Positions 18,223 to 28,371 of a stretch of 64,000 nucleotides of DNA are shown piece by piece (positions within the stretch are counted from its first letter, which is position 1; the number at the start of each line of letters is the position of its first letter). The stretch is from a virus. The DNA lies in the IMG/VR virus record IMGVR_UViG_3300001683_000016, positions 51,555 to 115,554 of that record. One strand, written 5' to 3'. Position numbers and translations under genes: made by a program. Below the pieces are notes generated by a model that saw only the letters and a list, made by a program, of their open reading frames with translations, did no database searches and was not told the origin of the DNA.

Positions 18223-18615
18223 ATGGTAAGACCGAGATATGAAGAAGCCTCAACAGAAGCATATGAAATGCTAAAGAAAGCCCACAGTCTAGCGGATAGA
18301 TTAGAAACTCTTGAAAAAGATTCTGCAAAGCCAATGTGTTCGTGTGGTAGTGGAAGGGCGCAGAATATCTGTCCGTGTGGTGGTAATGTAGCGAAAGGCG
18401 ACCATCATTATGAAACTACATTTTCTACAGAGCCTGCTGGGGTAGAGTTCCACGCAGAAAGTGGCGGCCAAACTCGTAATGCTTTCTATAACACAAATCA
18501 AAGTCTTTTAGATTCCACAGATGTAGCAAATAAAGGTGCAACGAGTGAAAGTGTAAATCTAGATACTCTCCCACTTAACACACAGGATACAGTAAATCGT
18601 CTCGTCGAGGGATGA
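18223..18615 (+). CDS. Small head-module protein with Cys cluster
   Basis: CSCGSG...CPCGG; ggag RBS. Confidence 0.6.
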   Translation: MVRPRYEEASTEAYEMLKKAHSLADRLETLEKDSAKPMCSCGSGRAQNICPCGGNVAKGDHHYETTFSTEPAGVEFHAESGGQTRNAFYNTNQSLLDSTDVANKGATSESVNLDTLPLNTQDTVNRLVEG

Positions 18616-18764
18616 GATTGAGTAAAGTGTACGTCAAAAAAGGCGTAGCACAAATGGAACCCTGCAAGATGTGTGGAGCAACTGCGTATGAAGGTTGTAA
18701 ACAAGCAAAAGGGCTTTCCTTAGGCGAATGTCCATATTACCAAAGGTACAATACCGGAGGTTGA
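18612..18764 (+). CDS. 50-aa four-Cys microprotein, absent from the ORF track
   Basis: Manual translation MRLSKVYVKKGVAQMEPCKMCGATAYEGCKQAKGLSLGECPYYQRYNTGG; ATGA-coupled; fills the gap between its neighbours. Confidence 0.6.
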   Translation: MRLSKVYVKKGVAQMEPCKMCGATAYEGCKQAKGLSLGECPYYQRYNTGG

Positions 18765-18775
18765 GAGGGGATGTT

Positions 18776-21700
18776 ATGGAAGAAGATGCCGCAGAAGTAT
18801 ACATCAGACACCGTACTGAATTGCTAAAAGCAATTTTTGATAATACTAATCCTGAACAAGAAGTCGGTGATTACTTACTTTCTAAAATAAATCTAGAAAA
18901 TCATGACATAACTTATGATAAGATAGGGTTAGATTTAGTCTGTGACTCTTATAGCAACTATGTCTTGACTAAAGCAAAGGAAAAGAAAGATGAGTTTGGT
19001 ACTTTACACGGTCATAGACCTGCTATGGAGAAAGTGTATGGTAGTAATCATGAATGGAAAAATAGAGTAAAGCGTGCATGGAACGAAAGCGATAATAAGA
19101 AATATAATTACAAACTACATTCTCCACAAAAAGATGGTGAAGATTATCTAAGTTACCACGAAAGAAATTTAATTCCTGACACAATGAAACATTCTTTATG
19201 GCCTGAAATGAACTCTCATACAATTGAGTTTGACCATAAGGATGAAACAAATGAGGCCATATTAAGGCCAGCAGAACATTATAAAGACGCTAATCCATTT
19301 AGTGAAAAGCACCACCCTATGCGTAGAAGAAAAGTAGATACCGGTATGCCTGAGTGGGAAAGCACATTACGAAATTATTATCTTTCTGATTTTGGATGGG
19401 CGAAGAAAGGTAAAGATATAGAAAATGCACACAAGTCTTTCCATACTAATAAAGATAAAACAGGCGTACAGGATATTCGAGAGTTAGTTAAAGTCGGAGA
19501 GGCTATTAAGGATAAAACTGGAATAGCAACTGGTAAGAAAGAAGATGAGTATAGAACTGTGAAAAACCTAAAACACGGTATATATCATGGTATAAATAAA
19601 GGTACTGAAAGTCACAAAATGTCTTTCTTAGGTGGTAACGATGGTCATGAAGGTAGTATGAATCATCAAGATGATATAAGAATTAGAGATTTTGAAAGAT
19701 GGAAAAAAGATTACCCCGAACGTGTAAAACAATTAGAAGAAGATGACAAGGATTTAGAAGAGGCTCATTTTAATGATAGAATGAGAAAGTTAGATAGTAA
19801 TGATATTTTTGAAGAGAAAATAAATCCTAAGACTAGTACTAACGTTTATGAAAATATAGACAGACGTGGTAAATCTACGTTAGATGATGTAAAAACTGTA
19901 CCTCATGGACACGGAATGGGTTGGGATACATGGAATCATGGTTTAGAGTTCTTGAATCCAAAAGAAAGAAGTTTAGTCATGGGGCATATAAACGAACACG
20001 GTACCGATGACCCAGCACATCAATCAGTTACTTTACCTGATGGTCAAAGAATACACATGCATCGAATAAAAGCAAATCTGCAAATGAGGAATAATGCAGA
20101 AGTAGACCATTGGACTAGAAGTCAAATGCACGCTGGCCCAAATAAGGCTAAACACATAGAAGCAAATACTGACAATCTAAAAACAGGAACTGAAGGAGTG
20201 GTATCTAAGGCATTAAAAGACACATTAATAAAAGATAATTTTCCATATCATGGTGAGCCATACGCAGATATAGAAAGAATGGTAAAAGATAAAAAAACTG
20301 GTGAATATAAACCGAAACTTGTAAAGACTAAATTGTTTGATGAAACTGCCCATGAAGCGTTAATTAGAAATTTAGAAGAGCATCACGAAGGGGATAAATT
20401 ACTAGAATACGAAAAAGAGAAATTAACGACTGATGAAGAAAGTGGTGAGACAACAATAGCGCCCGGAAAAAGTAATTTACCACCATTTGATGCAAGAGAT
20501 ATAGAAGAATATCAAAAAAGCCTTAGTCAAGGTAAAACTATGAAAGAAGCATTTGGTAAAAAAATACATGCGGGTAGTGATGTAGTTTTAAGTCCTGAAG
20601 GATTACACACTTTAGTAGGATATAATAAAAATGATTTAACTATCTCACCACATCCAATGTTTAAAGGACAACAAGAACCTTTCTTAGAAAAAAATATAAT
20701 GAAAGAAGTTCTGAAAAATATAGATAGAAGTACAGGTATTGCTAATAAATCTAAAGATATAAGGAATGGAATGGGAACGTTTAGAGCACCGAACGGCCCT
20801 AGAAAAGATAATCCTCTTTTAGAAGAAGGAGAAGAAAAAAACTACTATGACCATGAAGGTAAACTCAGAACTCTAGCATATCCGTTTTCTCGTCCATTTA
20901 CTAATCGAGGTGGTGCTGGTAGACCTATTACTACGCTTATGGAAATTTTACATGATTTCAAATCAAAAGGTTATGATTTAAATCATAATATGGAGAAAGG
21001 AATAAGTACCTTGAAAGCAGGTTCTACATCACCTTTTGGTGTTAAAGACGCAGACAATGTGATAGATGCAAACCTTTCCACTGTGGGGGCTTACGGTCAC
21101 CTTCATTCTGATTACTTACCCACAGAACAACAAAATCATTACTCCGCTTTAGGTATTTTATCAAAAACAGATGCAACTTCACACTCTCAATATTTAACTG
21201 GAAGTAAAAAGGGTAAGGGTAGAAACACCAAAACAAACAGTAGTGACCATGATTCTACTCGTTCTCCCGGTTTAGCACCTTTGTTAGAATATGGTGTGGA
21301 TAAAAAATATAATACTTCACTTACTAAATATTTGACCGGCAATCTTACATCTAACGCTTATACTTCTACAAGTGTTAGAAAACCACCGTCTAAAAAGAGA
21401 ATTAAATCAATGACTGAAAAGCAAAAAAAACAAATCAACATTCAAGGTGAATCATCTGTTAGAAATTTAGCAGGTGAAACACATCATCGTGCAACAGTAA
21501 ATGGTAGCACTAGCCCGCCTAATAACCCAGCGCAGAGATTCTTAAACTTCAAAGATATAGAAAATAATCCTAATTATTTGAGTACAGGTGATAATATAGA
21601 TGACGTTATGACTGCATTACCTAGTAGTCGTGTTAAAAATCCTAAAGACAGTTTACCTGAGGGCTTCTTTGATGAGTTACTATCTATACAAGAAGAAATT

Positions 21701-24367
21701 GAAAATGCAAAAGACCCTGAGAAAATACAATTTCTAAGAAGTATGCTTCGGCCATTACAAGAACAATACGAAACTGCAACAAAGAAACAAAGAGATTATG
21801 GTTCACGACAAAGACCTCATAGAGACTTTGGTAATGTGCGAAGAAACATGGAACAGGCTCACGGAAGCGATAGAGGCGGGATTGCAGAGATATTTAGAAC
21901 AGTAATTGCACCTGCAATTCTAAAAAAGAAACCCGACGCATTCCATGAAGATAATCCTAAGGCTTTACTAAATATTTTGAGAGGTGTAAAAGATGCGCAA
22001 AGACATCTTTATGTTAATGGAGACCACAATGTAAAGATTAGTGCACACACCCACTCATCCGAAGAAGAAGATATGACATCTGATATACATTATAATTTAG
22101 CCAAAGGGATGAAACGGAGTGGTAAAGTAACAGATAATGTAATTGACCCTAGTAAACATAATGTTAATGATGTCTTAGAAATGTTAGATTTACCAAATGA
22201 TGATGCACATAAAAAGCACGCACAGAGATACTTAGATACTTTATCCGGTCCAGTACATGGGTATAGTTTAGGACAACTTGCTACAATGGGATTACAATGG
22301 AATCCTAAAAATAAAGAAATGTTCGGAGTAGACGGAAAAGGAGATGTACACACTCATCTAGATAATACATTAAGAGAGGCTCGTGGAAAATTTCCACCTG
22401 CAAGAAAAGATACTGGTAACGTATATCCCGAAGAACATGAGAAAGCAGGGAAGATTTCTACAACTAAAAACAATGATTACGATAGAGCAGTTACTGAGTT
22501 CATAAGTAATAATCCTATATATCAAGGTTTGAACTTTTTACATCAAAATGCTAGACAAGAACAAAAATTAGATGGTTATGGTTTACAATATCACCAAGCA
22601 CCTGCTCCTTTAGGTGTAAAAAGTAAACAAACTAACGCTCATAATAAAAGCAATGAAGGCACTTTACTACACGAAAGTAGACAAGGGCATCGTTCATTAG
22701 AGTATCACCATGCTAGAAGAAAAGATATTGCAAGTAATATACTGTCATTTGATACTAGTCCCGATATTGATTTGAAATCTAAAGTTGAACCTAAAACAAT
22801 TCACAGCATTGGTTGGGGTAATGAGCAAGTAAAACCACTTAGAAGTCATGAGGGTGCAACTCCAACCGACCAGTTCACCAGCGGTCTAATGGATTGGGGT
22901 TGGGGCGGAAAAGCAGAAATTGGTACAGAACACGATTTTGACGGTAACTCTGTTGTAGGCACTAATATGGGTGAAGAGAACTTCCCTTCTGTGCCTTTTA
23001 GTTATCTAGAGTTTTTACTTCGAGATTCACATTCGCCTGAAAATATACAATCTATGTTAACTAATGCAGAACCCTTTACTCAATATCCCGCACAAATGCA
23101 GCAAAACGCCTATGGTGAAACACCAAGTGATGATTATCAAAGGGTAGCCACTAGTTTCGATAAGATACCTTATAGTAATTTATTGAAGAATCTTCCAAAA
23201 GAAATACCACTAATAGAGCCACTACATAGAATCTTTGAACTTAAAGACATGTCTGAATTAAGAGGCTTTACTGGTGAATGGGTTGTGTCTATTCACAAAG
23301 ATGGTACAAGATGTAAAGTTAGTAAAAAGAACGGTAGAATAGCAATAGAAGACGAAAATGGCGTGGAGCAATCTTGTAGTGATGAATTAAGAGATTCATT
23401 CAAAGCGGCGTGTAAGAAAAATTATGTTGTTGACGGAATAATGGATGATGGTGATTTCTATATTAATGATATTTTGTCATATGATAAGGATGAAGTTACT
23501 GAACTAACTACAAGAGAGCGTATTAAAATCTTAAGAGGGCAGTTTGAGAGTTACCACCCTGTATTCATACCTAGCCCATCCGATATTAGAATCACAGATG
23601 AGGTTGGATTAGAAGGTGCGGTAAAAGAATTAGGCAAAGATTCTGATAAGTTATTACTCCGTGATGCAAAGTCTACTTACATGAAAGGAGAAGAAAAGCA
23701 TCCAAAGTGGGTATTACTTGCTAAATCTGATATTTTATACCATGTACCTTTTACTATGGAAATTGATGATAGTCACTTTATCATCAGATTACCCGAAGAT
23801 GTTGTGAAATACGATATTGTAGATGAGAAGGCCGTGAACCCTGTAGCCGCTATCGGTGAAATAACCAATTCGGATTACTCTATACGGTTAGCAAAAAGCC
23901 TTGAGTCTTATTGGCAAGACGGTTTAATTGAATTGTTAAAAGAAGAAACGCAAATTGAAATACAAGAGAAGGTAGGGGAAGAGACACAGATTGAACCTGA
24001 GTTAAACGAAGAAGAGATAGAAGAAGAAAGTGCTGGAATCTTAAAGCCTAAGAAAGATAGAAACTTGATTATGAAGCCAAATGATATGGCGAAGGCCCTA
24101 TTACTGATTGAAAGAGCCTTAGATAAAATGCAAAAAGGCCATAGTAATATGGCTGGAAGAGGATTAGGAATAGACGTTGGGGGTGGTGTTGAAAGTCCTC
24201 GTGGACCTACATCTCTTACAGCAGAACAGTCTTTACCTGATTGGGATATGAAGAAGCGCCCTACTGAGGACTTGGAGAAACCTGAAGATTATCCGGGTAG
24301 AAAACAGAAAAAGAAGCAAAATGCTATGCAGTCTAGCGTTTTTAATGAAAGAAGCCTTGATGAGTAG
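18776..24367 (+). CDS. Giant head-module protein with C-terminal degenerate ATP-dependent ligase-like domain
   Basis: ORF track 18728..24367; ATG 18776 follows gagagggg; motifs HKDGTR, VVDGI, FYINDIL, LLLRD, KHPKW near 23280-23720. Confidence 0.7.
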   Translation: MEEDAAEVYIRHRTELLKAIFDNTNPEQEVGDYLLSKINLENHDITYDKIGLDLVCDSYSNYVLTKAKEKKDEFGTLHGHRPAMEKVYGSNHEWKNRVKRAWNESDNKKYNYKLHSPQKDGEDYLSYHERNLIPDTMKHSLWPEMNSHTIEFDHKDETNEAILRPAEHYKDANPFSEKHHPMRRRKVDTGMPEWESTLRNYYLSDFGWAKKGKDIENAHKSFHTNKDKTGVQDIRELVKVGEAIKDKTGIATGKKEDEYRTVKNLKHGIYHGINKGTESHKMSFLGGNDGHEGSMNHQDDIRIRDFERWKKDYPERVKQLEEDDKDLEEAHFNDRMRKLDSNDIFEEKINPKTSTNVYENIDRRGKSTLDDVKTVPHGHGMGWDTWNHGLEFLNPKERSLVMGHINEHGTDDPAHQSVTLPDGQRIHMHRIKANLQMRNNAEVDHWTRSQMHAGPNKAKHIEANTDNLKTGTEGVVSKALKDTLIKDNFPYHGEPYADIERMVKDKKTGEYKPKLVKTKLFDETAHEALIRNLEEHHEGDKLLEYEKEKLTTDEESGETTIAPGKSNLPPFDARDIEEYQKSLSQGKTMKEAFGKKIHAGSDVVLSPEGLHTLVGYNKNDLTISPHPMFKGQQEPFLEKNIMKEVLKNIDRSTGIANKSKDIRNGMGTFRAPNGPRKDNPLLEEGEEKNYYDHEGKLRTLAYPFSRPFTNRGGAGRPITTLMEILHDFKSKGYDLNHNMEKGISTLKAGSTSPFGVKDADNVIDANLSTVGAYGHLHSDYLPTEQQNHYSALGILSKTDATSHSQYLTGSKKGKGRNTKTNSSDHDSTRSPGLAPLLEYGVDKKYNTSLTKYLTGNLTSNAYTSTSVRKPPSKKRIKSMTEKQKKQINIQGESSVRNLAGETHHRATVNGSTSPPNNPAQRFLNFKDIENNPNYLSTGDNIDDVMTALPSSRVKNPKDSLPEGFFDELLSIQEEIENAKDPEKIQFLRSMLRPLQEQYETATKKQRDYGSRQRPHRDFGNVRRNMEQAHGSDRGGIAEIFRTVIAPAILKKKPDAFHEDNPKALLNILRGVKDAQRHLYVNGDHNVKISAHTHSSEEEDMTSDIHYNLAKGMKRSGKVTDNVIDPSKHNVNDVLEMLDLPNDDAHKKHAQRYLDTLSGPVHGYSLGQLATMGLQWNPKNKEMFGVDGKGDVHTHLDNTLREARGKFPPARKDTGNVYPEEHEKAGKISTTKNNDYDRAVTEFISNNPIYQGLNFLHQNARQEQKLDGYGLQYHQAPAPLGVKSKQTNAHNKSNEGTLLHESRQGHRSLEYHHARRKDIASNILSFDTSPDIDLKSKVEPKTIHSIGWGNEQVKPLRSHEGATPTDQFTSGLMDWGWGGKAEIGTEHDFDGNSVVGTNMGEENFPSVPFSYLEFLLRDSHSPENIQSMLTNAEPFTQYPAQMQQNAYGETPSDDYQRVATSFDKIPYSNLLKNLPKEIPLIEPLHRIFELKDMSELRGFTGEWVVSIHKDGTRCKVSKKNGRIAIEDENGVEQSCSDELRDSFKAACKKNYVVDGIMDDGDFYINDILSYDKDEVTELTTRERIKILRGQFESYHPVFIPSPSDIRITDEVGLEGAVKELGKDSDKLLLRDAKSTYMKGEEKHPKWVLLAKSDILYHVPFTMEIDDSHFIIRLPEDVVKYDIVDEKAVNPVAAIGEITNSDYSIRLAKSLESYWQDGLIELLKEETQIEIQEKVGEETQIEPELNEEEIEEESAGILKPKKDRNLIMKPNDMAKALLLIERALDKMQKGHSNMAGRGLGIDVGGGVESPRGPTSLTAEQSLPDWDMKKRPTEDLEKPEDYPGRKQKKKQNAMQSSVFNERSLDE

Positions 24368-24377
24368 TCCCGTAGCA

Positions 24378-24385
24378 TATATGTA
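24378..24385 (+). promoter_or_regulatory. Putative TATA box for the protease-capsid operon
   Basis: tatatgta about 30 nt upstream of GTG 24413. Confidence 0.3.
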
Positions 24386-24412
24386 GTAAGGCGTTACGTA
24401 TGGGGAATTAGT

Positions 24413-25780
24413 GTGCTCGGTAGTCAACAACTATTCAGAAACGGCGATAGTCCAATCAGTATCCTCAAGGGTGCTAATGACCTCATCGTTGCTGGTTATG
24501 CCAGTGTGGAAGTTGTAGACAAGCAAGGCGACGTAATAACAAAGGAGGCATTGAAACAAGCATTTCGGAAATTCATGGAAAATCCGTCATACAGAAACGT
24601 TCAATTGGCTCACAGTAATATACAAATTGGAGACGTTGTACCGAATTATACAGATAATGAAGGGAGGTTGTGGAAAAGCGAAGTCGATGATGTCGGAATG
24701 TTTGTAGTTGTAAAATTACGAGACGACATCGAGAAAGCAAAAGAGGTTTCAGCAGAAATCAGAAAAGGCGTTCTCAGAGGATTCAGTATCGGTGGTCAAG
24801 CGTTTAAGAGAGTCAGAAAATCAGACCCAAAACGAGGAGATTACCAAGAAATAAGTAAACTGGAACTACACGAAATAACGATTTGTGAAAAAGGCATCAA
24901 TCCCGAAGCAACATTTAGCATATTAAAAGAAGATAATAACACGGAAGTGAATAAAATGACAGAAACAGAAAATGATAATGAAATGATGAAACAACTTGGT
25001 AGCGTACTTTCACGTTTAGAAGGTCGGCTTGATGACATGGAGAAGGGCGAAAAACCTGCTTTCCTTGAAGAGAAGAAAGACGATAAGAAAGATGACAAGA
25101 AGAAAGAAGAAGTAGCGGCAGTAGAGGAAGTAGAGGAAGTAGAAAAGTCAGAATACTCTGACGTAATTTCATCCGATTACCTAAACTGGATGGAAGATAC
25201 TCTAAAGAGTGGCGGTGTTGATACTGTCAGCGCACGTACACACTTCGACGACTTAGAGAAAGCCAACCTAGGCTCTACACCTGAAGAAATTCAGGCTAAC
25301 CATAAAGGTTTAACTGGTCAAGCACCGGGTAGAACGCAAGAAGGTGGAAACCCATCAACCGGTGCTATTGCAGCAACCACAGGTGGAGGAGTGAAGAAAT
25401 CAGATTTCATTAACCCAGCATCACTTACAGACTCAGATATTGAGTCTGCATATGAAGTATACAAAGCGGCGGCTCTTGAAGAAGAGTTCCGTGGCTCTCT
25501 AGAAAATAATTTCGCATCTCGATACGCTTCAGAGCGTACAACAGAAGTTGCAAAGGCAGAAGCAGCAGCATATGATGCACGCGGACCTCTAGATGAGATA
25601 AACAAGGCAATCAGTGCACTTTCAGAGCGCATTGAAACAATCACTACTCCAGCAGAAACTGGAGAAGAAATCGCAAAATCAGATGCTGATGCACCAACAC
25701 TAACAGTTCCTTCAACAGAAGATTTAGCAAAAATGTCATGGGATGAAGTTCATAACTTGGCATCTAAGGCTTTTGAGTGA
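24413..25780 (+). CDS. Prohead protease (HK97-type) fused to C-terminal scaffold
   Basis: IVAGYASVEVVDKQGD, QLAH, GFSIGG, LHEITICEKGINPEA; acidic coiled-coil tail; directly upstream of the capsid gene. Confidence 0.88.
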   Translation: MLGSQQLFRNGDSPISILKGANDLIVAGYASVEVVDKQGDVITKEALKQAFRKFMENPSYRNVQLAHSNIQIGDVVPNYTDNEGRLWKSEVDDVGMFVVVKLRDDIEKAKEVSAEIRKGVLRGFSIGGQAFKRVRKSDPKRGDYQEISKLELHEITICEKGINPEATFSILKEDNNTEVNKMTETENDNEMMKQLGSVLSRLEGRLDDMEKGEKPAFLEEKKDDKKDDKKKEEVAAVEEVEEVEKSEYSDVISSDYLNWMEDTLKSGGVDTVSARTHFDDLEKANLGSTPEEIQANHKGLTGQAPGRTQEGGNPSTGAIAATTGGGVKKSDFINPASLTDSDIESAYEVYKAAALEEEFRGSLENNFASRYASERTTEVAKAEAAAYDARGPLDEINKAISALSERIETITTPAETGEEIAKSDADAPTLTVPSTEDLAKMSWDEVHNLASKAFE

Positions 25781-25809
25781 TATAGAATATAAAATGGAGA
25801 TGAAATAAA

Positions 25810-26979
25810 ATGGCACGAAATTACGTACGAACAATAACAGACATGGAAAGATACTACTATGGAGCAGGTAACGCAATGGGTTACTCATACTCAGGTAGTG
25901 AATTACTCAAGGCCGACAGCCCTATGCTGTCAACAACAGGTGGTACATACCAAGCAATCTACGGTCGCAAAGTATGGTCACAATTAAATCAAGAGTTTAA
26001 CGCATTCTCTATCCTACCAAAGAAACCATGGGACCGAAGTGGATGGCGAGTTATCACCGATAGACCGAACAGCGGAGCAATTGCTGGTAGCGGTATTGCT
26101 GAGAACGGCACACTACCTGAAACTATTAAACCAGCGTTCCAACATGTGGCAGCAAAACCTAAGACTATCGCTCACACATTCGATATGTCTGAAACTGCTA
26201 TCTTCCTTGCTGACAAGGATGACGGAATGGGCGACATACGCTCAGTCATGAAAGAGGAAATGGGTAAACATCACGCAGAAGTCATCAATAAGATGATGTG
26301 TGGTGACGTTGACACAGTAGCAGGCAACAACTTCGAGTCTCTTGACCGAGTTACTGCTGGATATGCTGCTGGTGCTGCATCTAAGACTGGACTAAGTACA
26401 GACGGTGATGCAATAAACGCAAACGGTGACCTAGACATATACAGTATTAGCAGAAGTGCAAACACATGGTCTAACGCTGAAATGAGTGTAAACGCAGTAG
26501 GTGGGACGCAAACCGATAGAACACTTTCTCTAGACTTATTAGATGAGATGTTCCAAAAGATGTGGATTCGTGGTGGAAACCCGAAAGTTATGTTAACTGG
26601 ATATGATACTCTAATGAGAATCCAGCAACTTCTACAATCACAACAGAGGTTCATGGAAGAGAAGAGAGTCACCCCTACCTATAACGGTGTAAAGGGTGTA
26701 CCCGGAATCGAGGCTGGTTTCATCGTAGCAACATACAACGGTGTACCAATCATTCCTACAAAGAACATGGCAACAGACACATTATCAAGAGTTTACTATC
26801 TAGATACAGATTACCTACACTTTAGCACAGCAATTCCAACACAATACTTTGAGAGTGGAATCGAAACTGGTGACCCATTTGCAATCAACAGATTAGGCCA
26901 AGAAGGACTATACCGTACCATGGGAGAACTATGGACAACTTTCTTCGGAGCACAAGGGAGCGTAAGAGACCTCAAATGA
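25810..26979 (+). CDS. Major capsid protein (HK97 fold)
   Basis: 389 aa after the protease; strong ggag RBS and biased codons; YNGVPII motif; candidate maturation site ELLK|ADSP. Confidence 0.88.
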   Translation: MARNYVRTITDMERYYYGAGNAMGYSYSGSELLKADSPMLSTTGGTYQAIYGRKVWSQLNQEFNAFSILPKKPWDRSGWRVITDRPNSGAIAGSGIAENGTLPETIKPAFQHVAAKPKTIAHTFDMSETAIFLADKDDGMGDIRSVMKEEMGKHHAEVINKMMCGDVDTVAGNNFESLDRVTAGYAAGAASKTGLSTDGDAINANGDLDIYSISRSANTWSNAEMSVNAVGGTQTDRTLSLDLLDEMFQKMWIRGGNPKVMLTGYDTLMRIQQLLQSQQRFMEEKRVTPTYNGVKGVPGIEAGFIVATYNGVPIIPTKNMATDTLSRVYYLDTDYLHFSTAIPTQYFESGIETGDPFAINRLGQEGLYRTMGELWTTFFGAQGSVRDLK

Positions 26980-27007
26980 GGTTGTCTTGGAGATAATAAA
27001 GGAGTGA

Positions 27008-27409
27008 ATGAATATGGCAGATACATTAACATTAGGCGGAACAGCGACAGCGACATTAGTAGGAGCATGGGAACTCAGAGCGGGTTCTCACGACACTACT
27101 GAATGGTTAGATGGAGCAGCAGACACATCCTATCCGGGTGGAGGTCCGGGTACATTCAGCGCAGTAAATAGCGATGGAGCAAACGGATACGACCCAGCAC
27201 CAAAGATGGCATTAATTAACGTAACAGGCGGAGCAGATGGCGAGACAATCATCCTCTCCGGTGGAGCATCAGCAATCCTGAGCGTTATGGCGACCGATGG
27301 AGGCACAGCAGCAGTAGCAGTTGGAGCATCTTTCACAGCATTAACTGCGACTCTACAATACCTAAGTGGCTCATCAAACGTTACAACAGTAATGATACTA
27401 TACAACTGA
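27008..27409 (+). CDS. Putative capsid decoration/minor structural protein
   Basis: 133 aa, G/A/T-rich, directly after the capsid gene with similar codon bias. Confidence 0.55.
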   Translation: MNMADTLTLGGTATATLVGAWELRAGSHDTTEWLDGAADTSYPGGGPGTFSAVNSDGANGYDPAPKMALINVTGGADGETIILSGGASAILSVMATDGGTAAVAVGASFTALTATLQYLSGSSNVTTVMILYN

Positions 27410-27419
27410 GGTGGTTTAA

Positions 27420-27848
27420 CTGCCCACTGTAACATTTGTTGGTAATCTCTACATGAGGCCTAATACAGACCCCTCTATGGGCGACTGGATTAGAGGTAAA
27501 CCTGTAGAAGTTACTGAGGATTGGTTAGTTGCTAATAAGAGGCAATTAAAACCGTCCTTATTTACAATAGGTGGAGGATTAGACTTACTAAACGATGGAC
27601 TACCCGATGTAGGCTGGATAAAAGCAGATATAGTCAAATGGTTAAAACAACAAGGTGTAGAAGTATCTAATGGATACAAAACTAAATCCTTATTGTTGTC
27701 AATGGTGGATGATGTTTTAACCCCAGCCCCTGTCGAAGAAGTTGTAGTCGAAGTCGCCGCTGAAATTGTAGAAGAGATTGAAGTCGTAGAGACTCCAATT
27801 GAAGAGGCAGTTGTTGAGGCAGTAGAAACAACAGAACAAGAAATTTAA
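27420..27848 (+). CDS. Hypothetical protein with acidic EV-rich tail; probable CTG start
   Basis: ORF track starts at 27453; frame is open upstream to CTG 27420, 5 nt after gaggtgg. Confidence 0.55.
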   Translation: MPTVTFVGNLYMRPNTDPSMGDWIRGKPVEVTEDWLVANKRQLKPSLFTIGGGLDLLNDGLPDVGWIKADIVKWLKQQGVEVSNGYKTKSLLLSMVDDVLTPAPVEEVVVEVAAEIVEEIEVVETPIEEAVVEAVETTEQEI

Positions 27849-27862
27849 GGAGATGAAAAAAT

Positions 27863-28141
27863 ATGGCATTTAGTAGTACAGAAGATAACAGGACACACGT
27901 ATTAGGCGACCTAATGTTGGTTACCGGAGATTGGAACGCAGCAAGCGTAGCGACAGGCACAATAGTAACTGGCCTATCAGATATACTTGCTTGTGGAGTA
28001 ACGGGCGACACTTTTGGTGACGTTACAGGCGGAGGCGTAGATGGGGCATTTGTAATTGTCGCAGACGCAGCACCCGGCTCACTAGTATTGGATTGTGTGG
28101 CTAGTAATACTGGCTCTTGGTGGGCACTAGGAAAGCGCTGA
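27863..28141 (+). CDS. Small virion structural protein
   Basis: 92 aa, beta-rich, ggag RBS, within the head-tail cluster. Confidence 0.55.
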   Translation: MAFSSTEDNRTHVLGDLMLVTGDWNAASVATGTIVTGLSDILACGVTGDTFGDVTGGGVDGAFVIVADAAPGSLVLDCVASNTGSWWALGKR

Positions 28142-28157
28142 TAAGGCGGTGACCTAA

Positions 28158-28352
28158 ATGGTAAAAGCAATACAAGTAATTGGACCTTACAGCCCTAGAG
28201 ATTTCTCCGGGGCAGGTAATAGTGGCGCATTAAGCACCGCTATGACTACTGATATCGAAGCATTAACTGGCTATGCTAGTGCTAAAATAATCTCAGTCGA
28301 GCCAATCACAGTATTAGGAAATATATTTTTAGTAATATATCAGAAAGCATAA
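28158..28352 (+). CDS. Small hypothetical protein
   Basis: 64 aa; ggtga RBS. Confidence 0.55.
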   Translation: MVKAIQVIGPYSPRDFSGAGNSGALSTAMTTDIEALTGYASAKIISVEPITVLGNIFLVIYQKA

Positions 28353-28371
28353 TAGAAGGTGGTGTGAGTGA

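Noticed and set aside
23200-23730. Calling the 1879-aa protein a functional DNA ligase
   Set aside because: Key catalytic motifs are altered and no OB domain is recognisable; kept only as ligase-like
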